Virus record (IMG/VR): IMGVR_UViG_3300033076_001181
Coordinates: 1-64,000 of that record
Direction: 5' to 3' (one strand)
Source of the DNA: a virus
Taxonomy: Duplodnaviria > Caudoviricetes
Length of the DNA stretch: 64,000 nucleotides
Shown piece by piece: positions 1-9,131 of this stretch. How positions within the stretch are numbered: the stretch's first letter is position 1; each line of letters opens with the position of its first letter. Both the position numbers and the translations under genes were made by a program. Below the pieces are notes generated by a model that saw only the letters and a program-made list of their open reading frames with translations, did not search any database and was not told the origin of the DNA.

Positions 1-116
1 TTGTTAATACATTTTAGTATTTCATTATCATTAGATAAAAACCAATCACCTACTTTAATCTCTGAATCATCTACAACCAGTAGATAGTTGTATGTTTTAA
101 TAAGTTCTTTTTTCAT
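1..116 (-). CDS. hypothetical protein (runs off the left edge)
   Basis: ATG at 116 just downstream of the promoter at 134-165; reads MKKELIKTYNYLLVVDDSEIKVGDWFL, open to position 1. Confidence 0.6.
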   Translation of the reverse strand, partial: MKKELIKTYNYLLVVDDSEIKVGDWFLSNDNEILKCIN

Positions 117-133
117 AACCTTTATTTATATTG

Positions 134-165
134 TAAATATACGATTGAAATCTTAGAGAGCCAAA
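134..165 (-). promoter_or_regulatory. Bacteroidota-type host-sigma (early) promoter
   Basis: minus strand TTTG-N20-TATATTTA, intergenic, upstream of ATG at 116. Confidence 0.75.
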
Positions 166-166
166 C

Positions 167-277
167 TTATTTTTGTCTATCTTTAGGTTGCCAGAACATT
201 ACATACACTATTCCTCCTACCATGAGAGTGAGTAGTGTACAAGTTATTACTTCAGCTATTACGTTAAGTGTTTCCAT
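167..277 (-). CDS. small membrane protein, 36 aa (below ORF-track cutoff)
   Basis: METLNVIAEVITCTLLTLMVGGIVYVMFWQPKDRQK; abuts the stop of the upstream gene. Confidence 0.5.
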   Translation of the reverse strand: METLNVIAEVITCTLLTLMVGGIVYVMFWQPKDRQK

Positions 278-579
278 TATTTATCTCCTCCAAATGTTTC
301 GTTGTAGTATTGTTTTGGTTTATTTACTGCAATCATCCCTATTTCTGCTGCTCCGCACCTATAAGCATGTTCAATCTCCTCCTTATGCATTGCTTTTAAT
401 TTTTCAATAATTGGTAAAATTGTATGAATTGTGTATCCAGCACTCAGTTGGACATTGTTCAATTTTAATATAATTTCAATTTGCTCAATCAAAAAATCAA
501 TACTAGTTTGTTTTTTATCTTCTTTATCTACCCATACAGATGTAAGTGGTGATACTTGTTTAAGTACTTGTTTACTCAT
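277..579 (-). CDS. hypothetical phage protein
   Basis: 100-aa ORF in a coupled gene run; C-terminal EEIEHAY...QYYNETF motif of a type common in Bacteroidota phages. Confidence 0.6.
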   Translation of the reverse strand: MSKQVLKQVSPLTSVWVDKEDKKQTSIDFLIEQIEIILKLNNVQLSAGYTIHTILPIIEKLKAMHKEEIEHAYRCGAAEIGMIAVNKPKQYYNETFGGDK

Positions 580-848
580 TGTCTTTTATGTTTTGGGTTT
601 TTACAATCACCTTTATGACTACCCCACTTTGAATTACCAAAACCTACTACAATATATTCACAACTGTCTAGTGTGTATATTCTATAGTTTTGGTCATAGA
701 ATCGTGATGTTGAGTCTAATACTAATCTATTTGTAGTTGGTTGAGTAGTAATATTATTGTTTGGATTTTGTGATACACAAGATATTATTCCTATTGTTAA
801 TAATATTATTGCAAATATTTCTGGAAATTCAATTTTCATTTGTTTCAT
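576..848 (-). CDS. membrane-anchored protein, DUF5052-like
   Basis: N-terminal hydrophobic segment; YTLDSCEYIVV and HKGDCKNPKH motifs. Confidence 0.5.
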   Translation of the reverse strand: MKQMKIEFPEIFAIILLTIGIISCVSQNPNNNITTQPTTNRLVLDSTSRFYDQNYRIYTLDSCEYIVVGFGNSKWGSHKGDCKNPKHKRQ

Positions 849-1125
849 ATTTAGTATGTGGATAAAAGTCTACACAAAACACATTTACTTTTTCTATTTC
901 GGTTCCACCATTATAGTCATCTACTTCATATTCAAAATGACCTTCATATTCAGTTGGCCATTTGCTATCGTATGGGTGCCAATCTAATTTTTTAACTTTT
1001 GGATCCCGACCTACACCATAGTAATCATCTAAACCAACTATTAAGTCTGTCCAAGTATGAGCTGTTACTACTGGTTTATGATGTACTTGAGCTACGTATA
1101 TTACTTTAATCCTCGTCACCATCAA
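829..1125 (-). CDS. hypothetical protein
   Basis: 98-aa ORF overlapping neighbours in a coupled run. Confidence 0.55.
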   Translation of the reverse strand: MMVTRIKVIYVAQVHHKPVVTAHTWTDLIVGLDDYYGVGRDPKVKKLDWHPYDSKWPTEYEGHFEYEVDDYNGGTEIEKVNVFCVDFYPHTKYETNEN

Positions 1126-1474
1126 ATTGTTTGAATATTTTATTATTTGCTATTCTATAAACATCAAAGAAATCATTTCTTTCTTCATTGTTTAGTCCTA
1201 ATAACCTGCTACCCACTGTATTTAAATTAACATCTGGTTCGTTATGGTTTATTTCTAACCAAGCTATAACAAAACATGATTCAGGAGACTTAAAACAGTC
1301 TTCATGAATGTTAATATTATCTTTAGTATAATATCCATCTTTATGAATATAACCTTTATCTAACATCTCCTGTTCAGTTCCATAGTAACTATTTTTATAC
1401 CACTTAATGATTTCATAGTTTCCTGAGTTAGATATTTGGTCTCTACATTCAATATCATTTATTCTGATTCTCAT
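1106..1474 (-). CDS. hypothetical protein
   Basis: 122-aa ORF, ATGA-type overlap with upstream gene. Confidence 0.6.
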   Translation of the reverse strand: MRIRINDIECRDQISNSGNYEIIKWYKNSYYGTEQEMLDKGYIHKDGYYTKDNINIHEDCFKSPESCFVIAWLEINHNEPDVNLNTVGSRLLGLNNEERNDFFDVYRIANNKIFKQFDGDED

Positions 1475-1719
1475 AATGCTAAGCTCTGTTTAATTAAGTC
1501 ATCATAATGGTTATACATGTGTTCTAACATGGCTAATAACTCTTTATCTTGTGAATTAATATGATCAAGTATTTGTTGAGCCATACTACCTCGATATTTA
1601 AGTAATACTGATACTCGATCAATCATTTTATTACGTTCCTCTTCACTATCGCATTTACCTAAAGCGATAGCGTGTTCATATTTATTTTCCATTTTTAGGA
1701 GTAGTTTTAGTCCAACCAT
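1471..1719 (-). CDS. hypothetical protein
   Basis: ORF in coupled run; true start may be the internal MENKYE. Confidence 0.5.
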   Translation of the reverse strand: MVGLKLLLKMENKYEHAIALGKCDSEEERNKMIDRVSVLLKYRGSMAQQILDHINSQDKELLAMLEHMYNHYDDLIKQSLAL

Positions 1720-1882
1720 CTAACCAAACTCTTTGGTCTTCATCTTTCATAGGTGCGTCTTGCAACCATTCATAAAACTCATCAGCGATTTCTAAAATAC
1801 TACCATTGTATTTGACTTTTCTCGCTTCAATAGCCATCTGTAATGCTATTTGTCTGTTGGTATAAAATTTAATGTTGCTCAT
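1682..1882 (-). CDS. hypothetical protein
   Basis: 66-aa ORF in coupled run. Confidence 0.5.
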   Translation of the reverse strand: MSNIKFYTNRQIALQMAIEARKVKYNGSILEIADEFYEWLQDAPMKDEDQRVWLDGWTKTTPKNGK

Positions 1883-2840
1883 CTTGTAGGTGGTTTATTA
1901 TTTCTTGTTCAAGTGCTTCTCTAGCTAGAGTAACACTAACTGTATTATTAATAGTTACTTCATTATCATATGTTGATGGGTAAGTAAGACGTGGAACAGC
2001 AATTAATTCATTCACTGGTTCAGGCATTGATTCTGATTTCAACCCCATGTCTTTATATTTACACTCTTCAGGAGCCATATTTTCATTTGTTAAAGTAGAT
2101 TTTAACTCAGTAAATATTATCTCCATAATAAATTTAGGTAAATCAGCCTCGTATGAATCAATTCGAGTATCAACTTCATTCCAAAATGACAATTCATGTT
2201 CATCTTTAATGTTCTTAAATGTGGCTACTTTTTGACCTGTTTTCTTACTCATAGTGTAAACAAGAATACCTCGTCTTGTGTATCTATAATAAGGCCAATC
2301 ATCATCAGTACTAGCTGTACACCATTTAGTTCCGGCTCCATATTTTAAAGATGCTTCTCTAGATAATGGTCTTAAAACCAACCACTCTTCATCTTCATAT
2401 ACTTTATGGATTTGTTTAGCTAATTCCTTATTAACCGACTTTAACTCGGCTATTGACATTTGCCTTAACATATCCTCAATACCTTTATATGATGTCAGAT
2501 CTTTATTCTCAATCAAACCACGTTCAACATAGTCTGTAAATTTAGGCATCATTTCTCTTATTTGATAAGGAATAAAATCAAGTAGAGTTGCCATGTACCT
2601 TAAATCATAACTAGACATGTCTCTTAATTGTTTTTCAGGTATATTATATGTCTTATGTAAATGAAACATAAGTTCTTCATTATCAACTTTTTCTTTATAA
2701 TGAGCTTTAGTTAGATTAATTACTAACTCAGCATACTTATTTTTAGGATATACCTGTTTAATTACATCAATATATGATGATCCTAATTGTTGATTGTGTT
2801 GTTTTAAAACTTCTATTTTATTCATAACTTTCTCTATCAA
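1869..2840 (-). CDS. conserved phage protein with a PcfJ-like domain
   Basis: 323 aa; SLKYGAGTKWCTAS...ILVY...SFWNEVD motif recurring in large phages; function unknown. Confidence 0.55.
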   Translation of the reverse strand: MIEKVMNKIEVLKQHNQQLGSSYIDVIKQVYPKNKYAELVINLTKAHYKEKVDNEELMFHLHKTYNIPEKQLRDMSSYDLRYMATLLDFIPYQIREMMPKFTDYVERGLIENKDLTSYKGIEDMLRQMSIAELKSVNKELAKQIHKVYEDEEWLVLRPLSREASLKYGAGTKWCTASTDDDWPYYRYTRRGILVYTMSKKTGQKVATFKNIKDEHELSFWNEVDTRIDSYEADLPKFIMEIIFTELKSTLTNENMAPEECKYKDMGLKSESMPEPVNELIAVPRLTYPSTYDNEVTINNTVSVTLAREALEQEIINHLQDEQH

Positions 2841-3912
2841 TATTAATTACATATGGAAATCTTGGAACACCATCTGGTGTTAAATTAAAATACTTAACTG
2901 TTGCTGATTTGCCAATCAATTCTTGTCTTTTCTTCCAAAGCTCTTTACATTCGTCCCAACTATACTTAGGTGATGAATTGAATATATGACCTGTCTTACT
3001 TCTAAATACAAATGAACCTACCATTCCTGTTTTATTACCTTCACCTTCAACTACATCCAAAATAGTATATTCTTCATCAATAAATGATTTATGTTTAAGT
3101 AATGATTTAGAACGTTTTGATTCATATTCTTTATCTAAACGAATCATTTGACCTTCATAACCCGTAGTAACATACATTTCATATAATGCTAAAAGATCTA
3201 CTTCATGTCCACATCTAGTTGTTTCTACTTTCACACAACATTTAGGTAATAACATATCTGCTAAAGCAAATGCTCTATCTGTAAAGATACCTGAATGACT
3301 TGGTAAATCATAAATGTGATACTGAATTGATTCAGCACTTTTTCTCAAATCATCACTTGTTGGTTTAGTTTTTTTAACTAATGAACAAATAGCATTAAAG
3401 TCATTTGCAAACTTATCAGCATACAACTCACCATCAAAAATCAAATCAGGATTAGTTTCAAATAATGGTTTCATTGCTTCATAGATATGAGGTGCTGAAA
3501 CTATTTTCTTACCATTTCGACTCCACATACCATCTGCTCTAACAATACATCTAATACCATCTAGTTTAGGTTGACTAAATACTGGATAAGTAATTTTGTC
3601 CTTATAATCTTCAAATTTATGAGCTAGCATTGGATTGAAGAACTTAGGTGTGTCAATATCATCTATTGATTCATAACTACCTAATTCTAATTTCTTAGTC
3701 CACATCGCTTGAGCTTCAGCTAGTGCTTGTTGTTCAGGTGTGGTTTCGTTTTTCTTACCTAAATTCTTACCTGAACAGCATGTCCATTCGGAAGTTGTTT
3801 TAACTCCATCTGTGTAACCAGATATTGTTCTAAAACAATTGTTTTCTACTTCAACAGTCCATTCATTTACTTTACCGTTAACTGCTCTTTTAAATAATGT
3901 GTTTAATTTCAT
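2818..3912 (-). CDS. lig: ATP-dependent DNA ligase
   Basis: motif I PKLDGIRC, FDGELY, YHIYD, EGQMIR, LLKHK, C-terminal OB fold ending GVPRFP. Confidence 0.95.
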   Translation of the reverse strand: MKLNTLFKRAVNGKVNEWTVEVENNCFRTISGYTDGVKTTSEWTCCSGKNLGKKNETTPEQQALAEAQAMWTKKLELGSYESIDDIDTPKFFNPMLAHKFEDYKDKITYPVFSQPKLDGIRCIVRADGMWSRNGKKIVSAPHIYEAMKPLFETNPDLIFDGELYADKFANDFNAICSLVKKTKPTSDDLRKSAESIQYHIYDLPSHSGIFTDRAFALADMLLPKCCVKVETTRCGHEVDLLALYEMYVTTGYEGQMIRLDKEYESKRSKSLLKHKSFIDEEYTILDVVEGEGNKTGMVGSFVFRSKTGHIFNSSPKYSWDECKELWKKRQELIGKSATVKYFNLTPDGVPRFPYVINIDRESYE

Positions 3913-3916
3913 GATC

Positions 3917-3948
3917 TAAATATAACAAAAAGTGGCCCGTAGGCCAAA
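3917..3948 (-). promoter_or_regulatory. early promoter fused with GGCC hairpin
   Basis: TTTG-N20-TATATTTA; TGGCC-TACG-GGCCA hairpin at 3933-3946 followed by a T-rich tract. Confidence 0.8.
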
Positions 3949-3973
3949 CATTTTGTTGATATTTTTGTTAAAA

Positions 3974-4684
3974 TTAAACTTGAGTGACTACCCAAGATTT
4001 TGTAGTTTCTAAATATTGAATATTTGGGTCAGTATAGTCATTAGTATTAACAGTTATAGTTCCAGATGTTGAGACATTTAAAAACACATCATTCCCATAA
4101 GTACAATCTGATGCAAATGATGCTTCTATAAAACTGGAACATCCATTAAACACATTTGATCCTATAGAGATAACATAATTCGCTATTATTGTGGCTACAA
4201 GTGAGTCTTGGAATGCTCCATCTTCTATGGTTCTTATAGTATTATTATTCACATCTATTACTCTTTCAATAGTTGTAGTACCTGAGAATTGGTCTGTGAA
4301 GAATGTAATATTTTCTGCTCCTCCAATAGTTACTATATTATTATCTACATTTATATATGTAAATGTTTTAGAGAATATATTATTCCATCCTGATATTTGT
4401 GTTACATCAAATCCTAACTCAATTGAAGCTGCTCCTATATCTAGAAATTGGAATGTAATTAAATTATTGGGGATAACAGGTTCTGGGGTGGATGAAGGTA
4501 AAGACCCACCCCCAACTCCATTCATAAACATATTTTGTTGATGCATCTGCTGTAAATTCAGCATTTGTGCTTCAAACAAATATTGCTCATGAAGATATTT
4601 TGATTTCATCTCCATAACATTTAAACCTTTATTATCTGGTCTAAATTGAAACTGTTGCCATGTACCTGGGTGACCTATTATCAT
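3974..4684 (-). CDS. probable virion/surface protein with BspA-type leucine-rich repeats
   Basis: IRTIEDGAFQDS and ISIGSNVFNGCSSF repeats; Gly/Ser/Pro linker; preceded by ATATTTAT motif. Confidence 0.55.
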   Translation of the reverse strand: MIIGHPGTWQQFQFRPDNKGLNVMEMKSKYLHEQYLFEAQMLNLQQMHQQNMFMNGVGGGSLPSSTPEPVIPNNLITFQFLDIGAASIELGFDVTQISGWNNIFSKTFTYINVDNNIVTIGGAENITFFTDQFSGTTTIERVIDVNNNTIRTIEDGAFQDSLVATIIANYVISIGSNVFNGCSSFIEASFASDCTYGNDVFLNVSTSGTITVNTNDYTDPNIQYLETTKSWVVTQV

Positions 4685-4694
4685 TGCTTTTATT

Positions 4695-4702
4695 ATAAAT
4701 AT
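4695..4702 (-). promoter_or_regulatory. putative late promoter motif ATATTTAT
   Basis: intergenic, 10 nt upstream of the ATG at 4684. Confidence 0.55.
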
Positions 4703-5383
4703 TTATTTATATTTTCTTCTATATTTCCATACCTTTCTATCTTCTAAATCAGACTCAGCTAACTTTTGAATTCTCATATCTGATCTAAAGCGCCATAACG
4801 CCTCAGCTGATAAACCATATATTTGAATAAATGTTTGATATCGCTTATATTCAGCGTCTGTCATTTTATTGAATGTTGTCCCGAAGTCATCTGTTACCAT
4901 GTAATAGCGAGATAAATCCATTAAATAAACAACGTCAGTATCTGGGTATGTGGTGTAAATTAATGTAGGGCCAAGTGCCCATTTCCACAAACTATCTTGT
5001 AATGAAGTGTATTCTATACTTAAACTATCTTTATCTGTCTCAATGTAAACTACCTTTTCATTGTATTTGGTAATTGTATCTACTTGCGTTTTGATAACTA
5101 TCTCTTGTTTTAAAATAGTATCAATTTGAGTTTGAATAATTACTTTTTGTTTAGTAATTGTATCATGTTGTGTCTTGATAGTGGCTTTAAGAGCATTAAG
5201 CTCAGCCTCCATTTCCTTATATTTTTTATTTATAAGGTCAGCTTGCTCAGTAGTCATAACTACTACTTTAGTTACACCATCTTCATCAATTGTTGTGTAA
5301 GGATATTTTTTAATCTCCGATTGGGACAGTAAGTTCCCAAGATTGCTTATCACGAGCAGCGCGAGCAGAATCAGCTTTTTCAT
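4703..5383 (-). CDS. secreted coiled-coil protein
   Basis: signal peptide MKKLILLALLVIS; three 14-aa repeats TQxDTIxKxxVxIx; no lipobox Cys. Confidence 0.6.
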   Translation of the reverse strand: MKKLILLALLVISNLGNLLSQSEIKKYPYTTIDEDGVTKVVVMTTEQADLINKKYKEMEAELNALKATIKTQHDTITKQKVIIQTQIDTILKQEIVIKTQVDTITKYNEKVVYIETDKDSLSIEYTSLQDSLWKWALGPTLIYTTYPDTDVVYLMDLSRYYMVTDDFGTTFNKMTDAEYKRYQTFIQIYGLSAEALWRFRSDMRIQKLAESDLEDRKVWKYRRKYK

Positions 5384-5606
5384 AGGTTTCGACAGCGGTT
5401 TCCAAAACTTCTACTTTCTCATTCAACTGCTTGTTTTCATGAGTTAGTGTCTCGTTTTGTTTTGTTAATGTTGTGTTTTTTTCTTCCAACGTAACGTTTT
5501 CATTCACAACGTCAACATGACCACTTCCCGCCATACCGATATTGAGCACAACCAATGCTACAACCGATATCAAAACCCCGAATAATAGTAATCTTTGTTT
5601 ATTCAC
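5310..5606 (-). CDS. membrane-anchored coiled-coil protein (inner-spanin-like architecture)
   Basis: N-terminal TM helix then heptad repeats TLEEKNTTLTKQNETLTHENKQLNEKV. Confidence 0.5.
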   Translation of the reverse strand: MNKQRLLLFGVLISVVALVVLNIGMAGSGHVDVVNENVTLEEKNTTLTKQNETLTHENKQLNEKVEVLETAVETYEKADSARAARDKQSWELTVPIGD

Positions 5607-5896
5607 TTTCTACTACCTTTACTCATTATGATTATCTCTCTCAAGTCTTTGAGTGCTTGAGTATTATTGTCTAATGCGCTTTGAACTTTACCAGCATCTG
5701 TTTTAATGTAGCCGTTTAGTTCTTTTTGTAAATCATCTACTTTTTTCTTTAACTCATCTTCAGAAGCGAGTTGGCGTTTAAGCATATACCATAGTACAGC
5801 ACCTAAACCCAATACAATAACACCAAGTGCACCATATTGAGTTAGGGTTTCAAATACTCCAAATGATTGGGCTTGTAAGAATATACTTAATATCAT
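5603..5896 (-). CDS. single-pass membrane protein, holin-like
   Basis: TM segment YGALGVIVLGLGAVLWYML then a charged coiled coil; paralogue of 5893-6180. Confidence 0.5.
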   Translation of the reverse strand: MILSIFLQAQSFGVFETLTQYGALGVIVLGLGAVLWYMLKRQLASEDELKKKVDDLQKELNGYIKTDAGKVQSALDNNTQALKDLREIIIMSKGSRK

Positions 5897-6180
5897 TGTT
5901 TTTTAGCTCTAGGTTTCTTAGCAGGTGACATTTTTGCTACAACTGCTTGCTCCTGGATTGCTGATGCTCTATTAGCGTCTGCTTGTTCAAAGTTTTGTCT
6001 TTCAAGTTCTTCCATCTTACGTTTCATTCGATCTTGTTCATCTAAATTACGTTTGAATAAGAACCAAGCAACAAAACCTAAACCTAACACTGCTAAACCT
6101 AAAGCACCATAATCAGCTAACTGATTAAATACTCCAAAGTCTACTGGCTTACCTACTGATGTTGATAATGTATCTTTCAT
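5893..6180 (-). CDS. single-pass membrane protein, holin-like
   Basis: TM segment YGALGLAVLGLGFVAWFLF, basic tail; first gene after the late motif at 6195. Confidence 0.5.
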   Translation of the reverse strand: MKDTLSTSVGKPVDFGVFNQLADYGALGLAVLGLGFVAWFLFKRNLDEQDRMKRKMEELERQNFEQADANRASAIQEQAVVAKMSPAKKPRAKKQ

Positions 6181-6194
6181 ATAATTAATTTGTT

Positions 6195-6202
6195 ATAAAT
6201 AT
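6195..6202 (-). promoter_or_regulatory. putative late promoter motif ATATTTAT
   Basis: 24-nt intergenic gap, 14 nt upstream of ATG at 6180. Confidence 0.55.
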
Positions 6203-6204
6203 TA

Positions 6205-6918
6205 TTAAATTTCACCTAGTTTAAACTTTTCATCCTCATATATTAAATATTGACGTTCGTCAATTGCATCAATAAAGTAATATCTACCACCAGTTGCTTT
6301 ACCTTCAATATCAATTTTACGTACTTGAGTATGACCTGCAATTTGAATATAATCAGTTTTTAAGAATGTTTCTTTATTACCTGATAGTAAACTAGCTGGT
6401 CGAATCCAAATTGGCGTTTGTGTTTTATTATCACCATAGGGATTAAATCCATAGAACATAAAATGGTTAGGTTGATGTTCCCAAATAGCATTTACATACT
6501 CAGCTATAGTACCTGGGTCTGTACCTGGCTCATATTTTTCTTGCTCAACTAACCAATTATAACCTATGCCAGCATGTGAACATAAGATATTATCTAATTG
6601 ATAACACATTTGTAAATGGTGTTTATTCTCCTCTAACAACTGTCTAATAGCAGGAGCAGCACCATGTTGGTAACCTGAATATGTTTCACCACCTGGGTAG
6701 TAATGGTAGTCATGATTGCCAACCAACATAATTACTTCACATTGATTACTTTCTTTAAACTCAATAATTTCTTTAAAATTGAATTGCTGTTCAGCACTTC
6801 CAATATCAAAACTATCAAAGTAATCACCTATAAAGATAACTCGGTCTGGTGTTTCTTTCGCTACTATGTCTTTCCATAAACTACGACCATGTGTGTCGCC
6901 TAAAAATATTGTTTTCAT
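6205..6918 (-). CDS. calcineurin-like metallophosphoesterase
   Basis: GDTHG, GDYFD, GNHD, SHAG, GHTQ motifs. Confidence 0.9.
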   Translation of the reverse strand: MKTIFLGDTHGRSLWKDIVAKETPDRVIFIGDYFDSFDIGSAEQQFNFKEIIEFKESNQCEVIMLVGNHDYHYYPGGETYSGYQHGAAPAIRQLLEENKHHLQMCYQLDNILCSHAGIGYNWLVEQEKYEPGTDPGTIAEYVNAIWEHQPNHFMFYGFNPYGDNKTQTPIWIRPASLLSGNKETFLKTDYIQIAGHTQVRKIDIEGKATGGRYYFIDAIDERQYLIYEDEKFKLGEI

Positions 6919-7568
6919 ATTAATCTTTTTTCGTGATGATCTTTTGGTAATGATAACTTAGCAATTGGCTGGTGCCTCATTATTGTTAATATATTTTCTA
7001 AACTGATGGGTTCCAAACTATTTCCATCTACTCCAACATCCATTGCTTTACCATCAGCTACTCTAATTTGGTTAGGTAAATGAACGTGTCCGTGTAAGTG
7101 AATTACTCCATCATTCATTCCATTCCAACTTGCAATTGGATAGTGCATACAAATGAAACGTTGGCGTTCTTTTTTCTTACCTACTACCCACCAACTAACT
7201 TCTAAGTCTAAGTATTGGTTTACTGAACTGAAGATAGATTGGATGTTGTCTTTATTTTTTTCAATGTGCCCATCATGGTTACCAAGTACTAAATGTATGT
7301 TTTGACATATAATTCTATCTCTGAATTGTTTAATACTCTCAAACCCACCAAACGACCAATCACCTAAGTGAATTAAAATATCATCTTGAGCCACTCTTTG
7401 GTTAATCCAAAATACTAACTCTTCATTCATTCTTTCTAATGAACTAAAATCACGAGTCACACTATCAGCATCTGTCCAACGTGTAGTTGCTCTACAAATA
7501 TTTGAATGGTTATAGTGAGTATCACTTGTGAACCATACTCTTTGACCTTGTTTTAATTCAATTTTCAT
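6915..7568 (-). CDS. calcineurin-like metallophosphoesterase
   Basis: SDTHY, GDWSF, GNHD, MHYP, HGHVH motifs. Confidence 0.9.
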   Translation of the reverse strand: MKIELKQGQRVWFTSDTHYNHSNICRATTRWTDADSVTRDFSSLERMNEELVFWINQRVAQDDILIHLGDWSFGGFESIKQFRDRIICQNIHLVLGNHDGHIEKNKDNIQSIFSSVNQYLDLEVSWWVVGKKKERQRFICMHYPIASWNGMNDGVIHLHGHVHLPNQIRVADGKAMDVGVDGNSLEPISLENILTIMRHQPIAKLSLPKDHHEKRLI

Positions 7569-7574
7569 AATGAT

Positions 7575-7606
7575 TAAATATAATAAGAAAAGGCCCGAAG
7601 GCCAAA
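7575..7606 (-). promoter_or_regulatory. early promoter fused with GGCC hairpin
   Basis: TTTG-N20-TATATTTA; GGCC-TTCG-GGCC at 7592-7603 then TTTTCTT. Confidence 0.8.
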
Positions 7607-7608
7607 TC

Positions 7609-8730
7609 TTAGTGTGAATCTCCTACATCATGTTTCTCTCCATATATCAAATAATCAGGATTAATTACTTTAGCAATTTTGTTCCTTTCGCCTGATATAT
7701 GTTTGATTACAATGCCTTCATGTGGTACTTTAGTACCTTCAATAAAGTTGTTGAATGTAAATACATCTTGAATTTCTTGAGACCAATGCCCATTATATAA
7801 CTCAGGTACATGAGGTAATCTTAATATCCCAACAATGTTCCATGTAGCATAAGCATGTTTGTATTCACCGTTAACTGATATATCAAAGGCAGCAAAATTT
7901 AATTCATTCAACCCATAGTCATAGTTCTTTTGAATACCAGGACCATAAATCTCACCATATAAAATGATTCCAGATCCAATTTCTTTAGGTGAATGGCATT
8001 TAACATATTGCCATAATTTATTTTTGATATCATATTTGTCAGCAACTGTTCTCCAAACATCAGTATCATAAAAACCTTGAGTATCAGATCCTTTCTCCAC
8101 ATTATGTGAACCATAAACATATTCATATTCAATCCATTCATCAGCTAAATGTAAAAACTTCTTACATTTATCCCAAAATGATAATTTACGTTTCTTAACA
8201 ATACCATAACGAGCATTTGTACCATGTAACTTACGAGTGATTTGAACATAGTCATCTGCACTAAACATCCCAGATACATTCTTAATGTTAGGGAATTTAT
8301 AGTATACTGTAAAGTTAGGATTTTGATGATATTTAACTTTACGACCTGATGCTAATTGTACTTGTACAGCTGGTGGTTCGTATTTGAAGATACTCAACGA
8401 ATCCATCAGATCCTTACCTTCTGGGTTGTAACCAACTGGTAAAAACTGGTTAGGAATCACTAAACACTCGGAATATACTCCCCTCAGCTTCACAGTACGT
8501 ACACGTTGACCTTTACGTAAATAATTAGTCACATTCATTGCATCTGAAAGCCCTTGGGGTATAACAGCATCTGTTGTAGCAATGGCTACTAAATCGTCTA
8601 CTTTATGTTCCCCTTTCTTGAAAATACAATTCCATCCACCAATGACACCTTGCTCGATGTTATCGGCTCCTGGGATCGGTTTGATTTCGTTTATGCGTGC
8701 TACATAGCACACTGAGTTATTATTTTCCAT
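7609..8730 (-). CDS. RNA ligase, Rnl2/DRB0094-like
   Basis: N-terminal OB/tRNA-binding-like domain; nucleotidyltransferase motifs KLHGTN, GEIYG, FAAFDI, EGIVIK, KVIN..YL. Confidence 0.88.
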   Translation of the reverse strand: MENNNSVCYVARINEIKPIPGADNIEQGVIGGWNCIFKKGEHKVDDLVAIATTDAVIPQGLSDAMNVTNYLRKGQRVRTVKLRGVYSECLVIPNQFLPVGYNPEGKDLMDSLSIFKYEPPAVQVQLASGRKVKYHQNPNFTVYYKFPNIKNVSGMFSADDYVQITRKLHGTNARYGIVKKRKLSFWDKCKKFLHLADEWIEYEYVYGSHNVEKGSDTQGFYDTDVWRTVADKYDIKNKLWQYVKCHSPKEIGSGIILYGEIYGPGIQKNYDYGLNELNFAAFDISVNGEYKHAYATWNIVGILRLPHVPELYNGHWSQEIQDVFTFNNFIEGTKVPHEGIVIKHISGERNKIAKVINPDYLIYGEKHDVGDSH

Positions 8731-8732
8731 AT

Positions 8733-9131
8733 TTACAATTTTATATCAAAACGATTTTTCATTTGTTCTATTTTTTCTTCAGGCACACCATTAATGTTTT
8801 TACTACCATGTCTATTTTCAACTATAAGACAAACTACTTGATAACCAAACTCTTCTGCCATTTTAAAGTAAGGTTCTAATTCCCACTCTCTAGTAAATGT
8901 GTTAGATACAATGATTTTATCTACACTTATCTGCTCACCACTATGAGTCATCCATGCTCGAGTTTGTGATTGACAATAGTTATGAGCATTTTCTATTTGT
9001 GATGCATCATATTTATATTCTCCTTTTACAAAAAAATATTGGTCTGCTTCAATATGGATACCACCTAATGATTTAGCGAATGTACTCTTACCCGCTCCAG
9101 GTAATCCTCTTAATAATATTAATTGTTTCAT
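8733..9131 (-). CDS. P-loop kinase (AAA_33 / polynucleotide-kinase-like)
   Basis: Walker A GLPGAGKST, SNTF, lid ENRH...VP.E.I..MK.RF. Confidence 0.85.
   Translation of the reverse strand: MKQLILLRGLPGAGKSTFAKSLGGIHIEADQYFFVKGEYKYDASQIENAHNYCQSQTRAWMTHSGEQISVDKIIVSNTFTREWELEPYFKMAEEFGYQVVCLIVENRHGSKNINGVPEEKIEQMKNRFDIKL

Noticed and set aside
4703-5606. Classical Rz/Rz1 spanin pair
   Set aside because: The secreted partner has no lipobox cysteine, so the canonical assignment is unsupported; kept only as an architecture-level hypothesis
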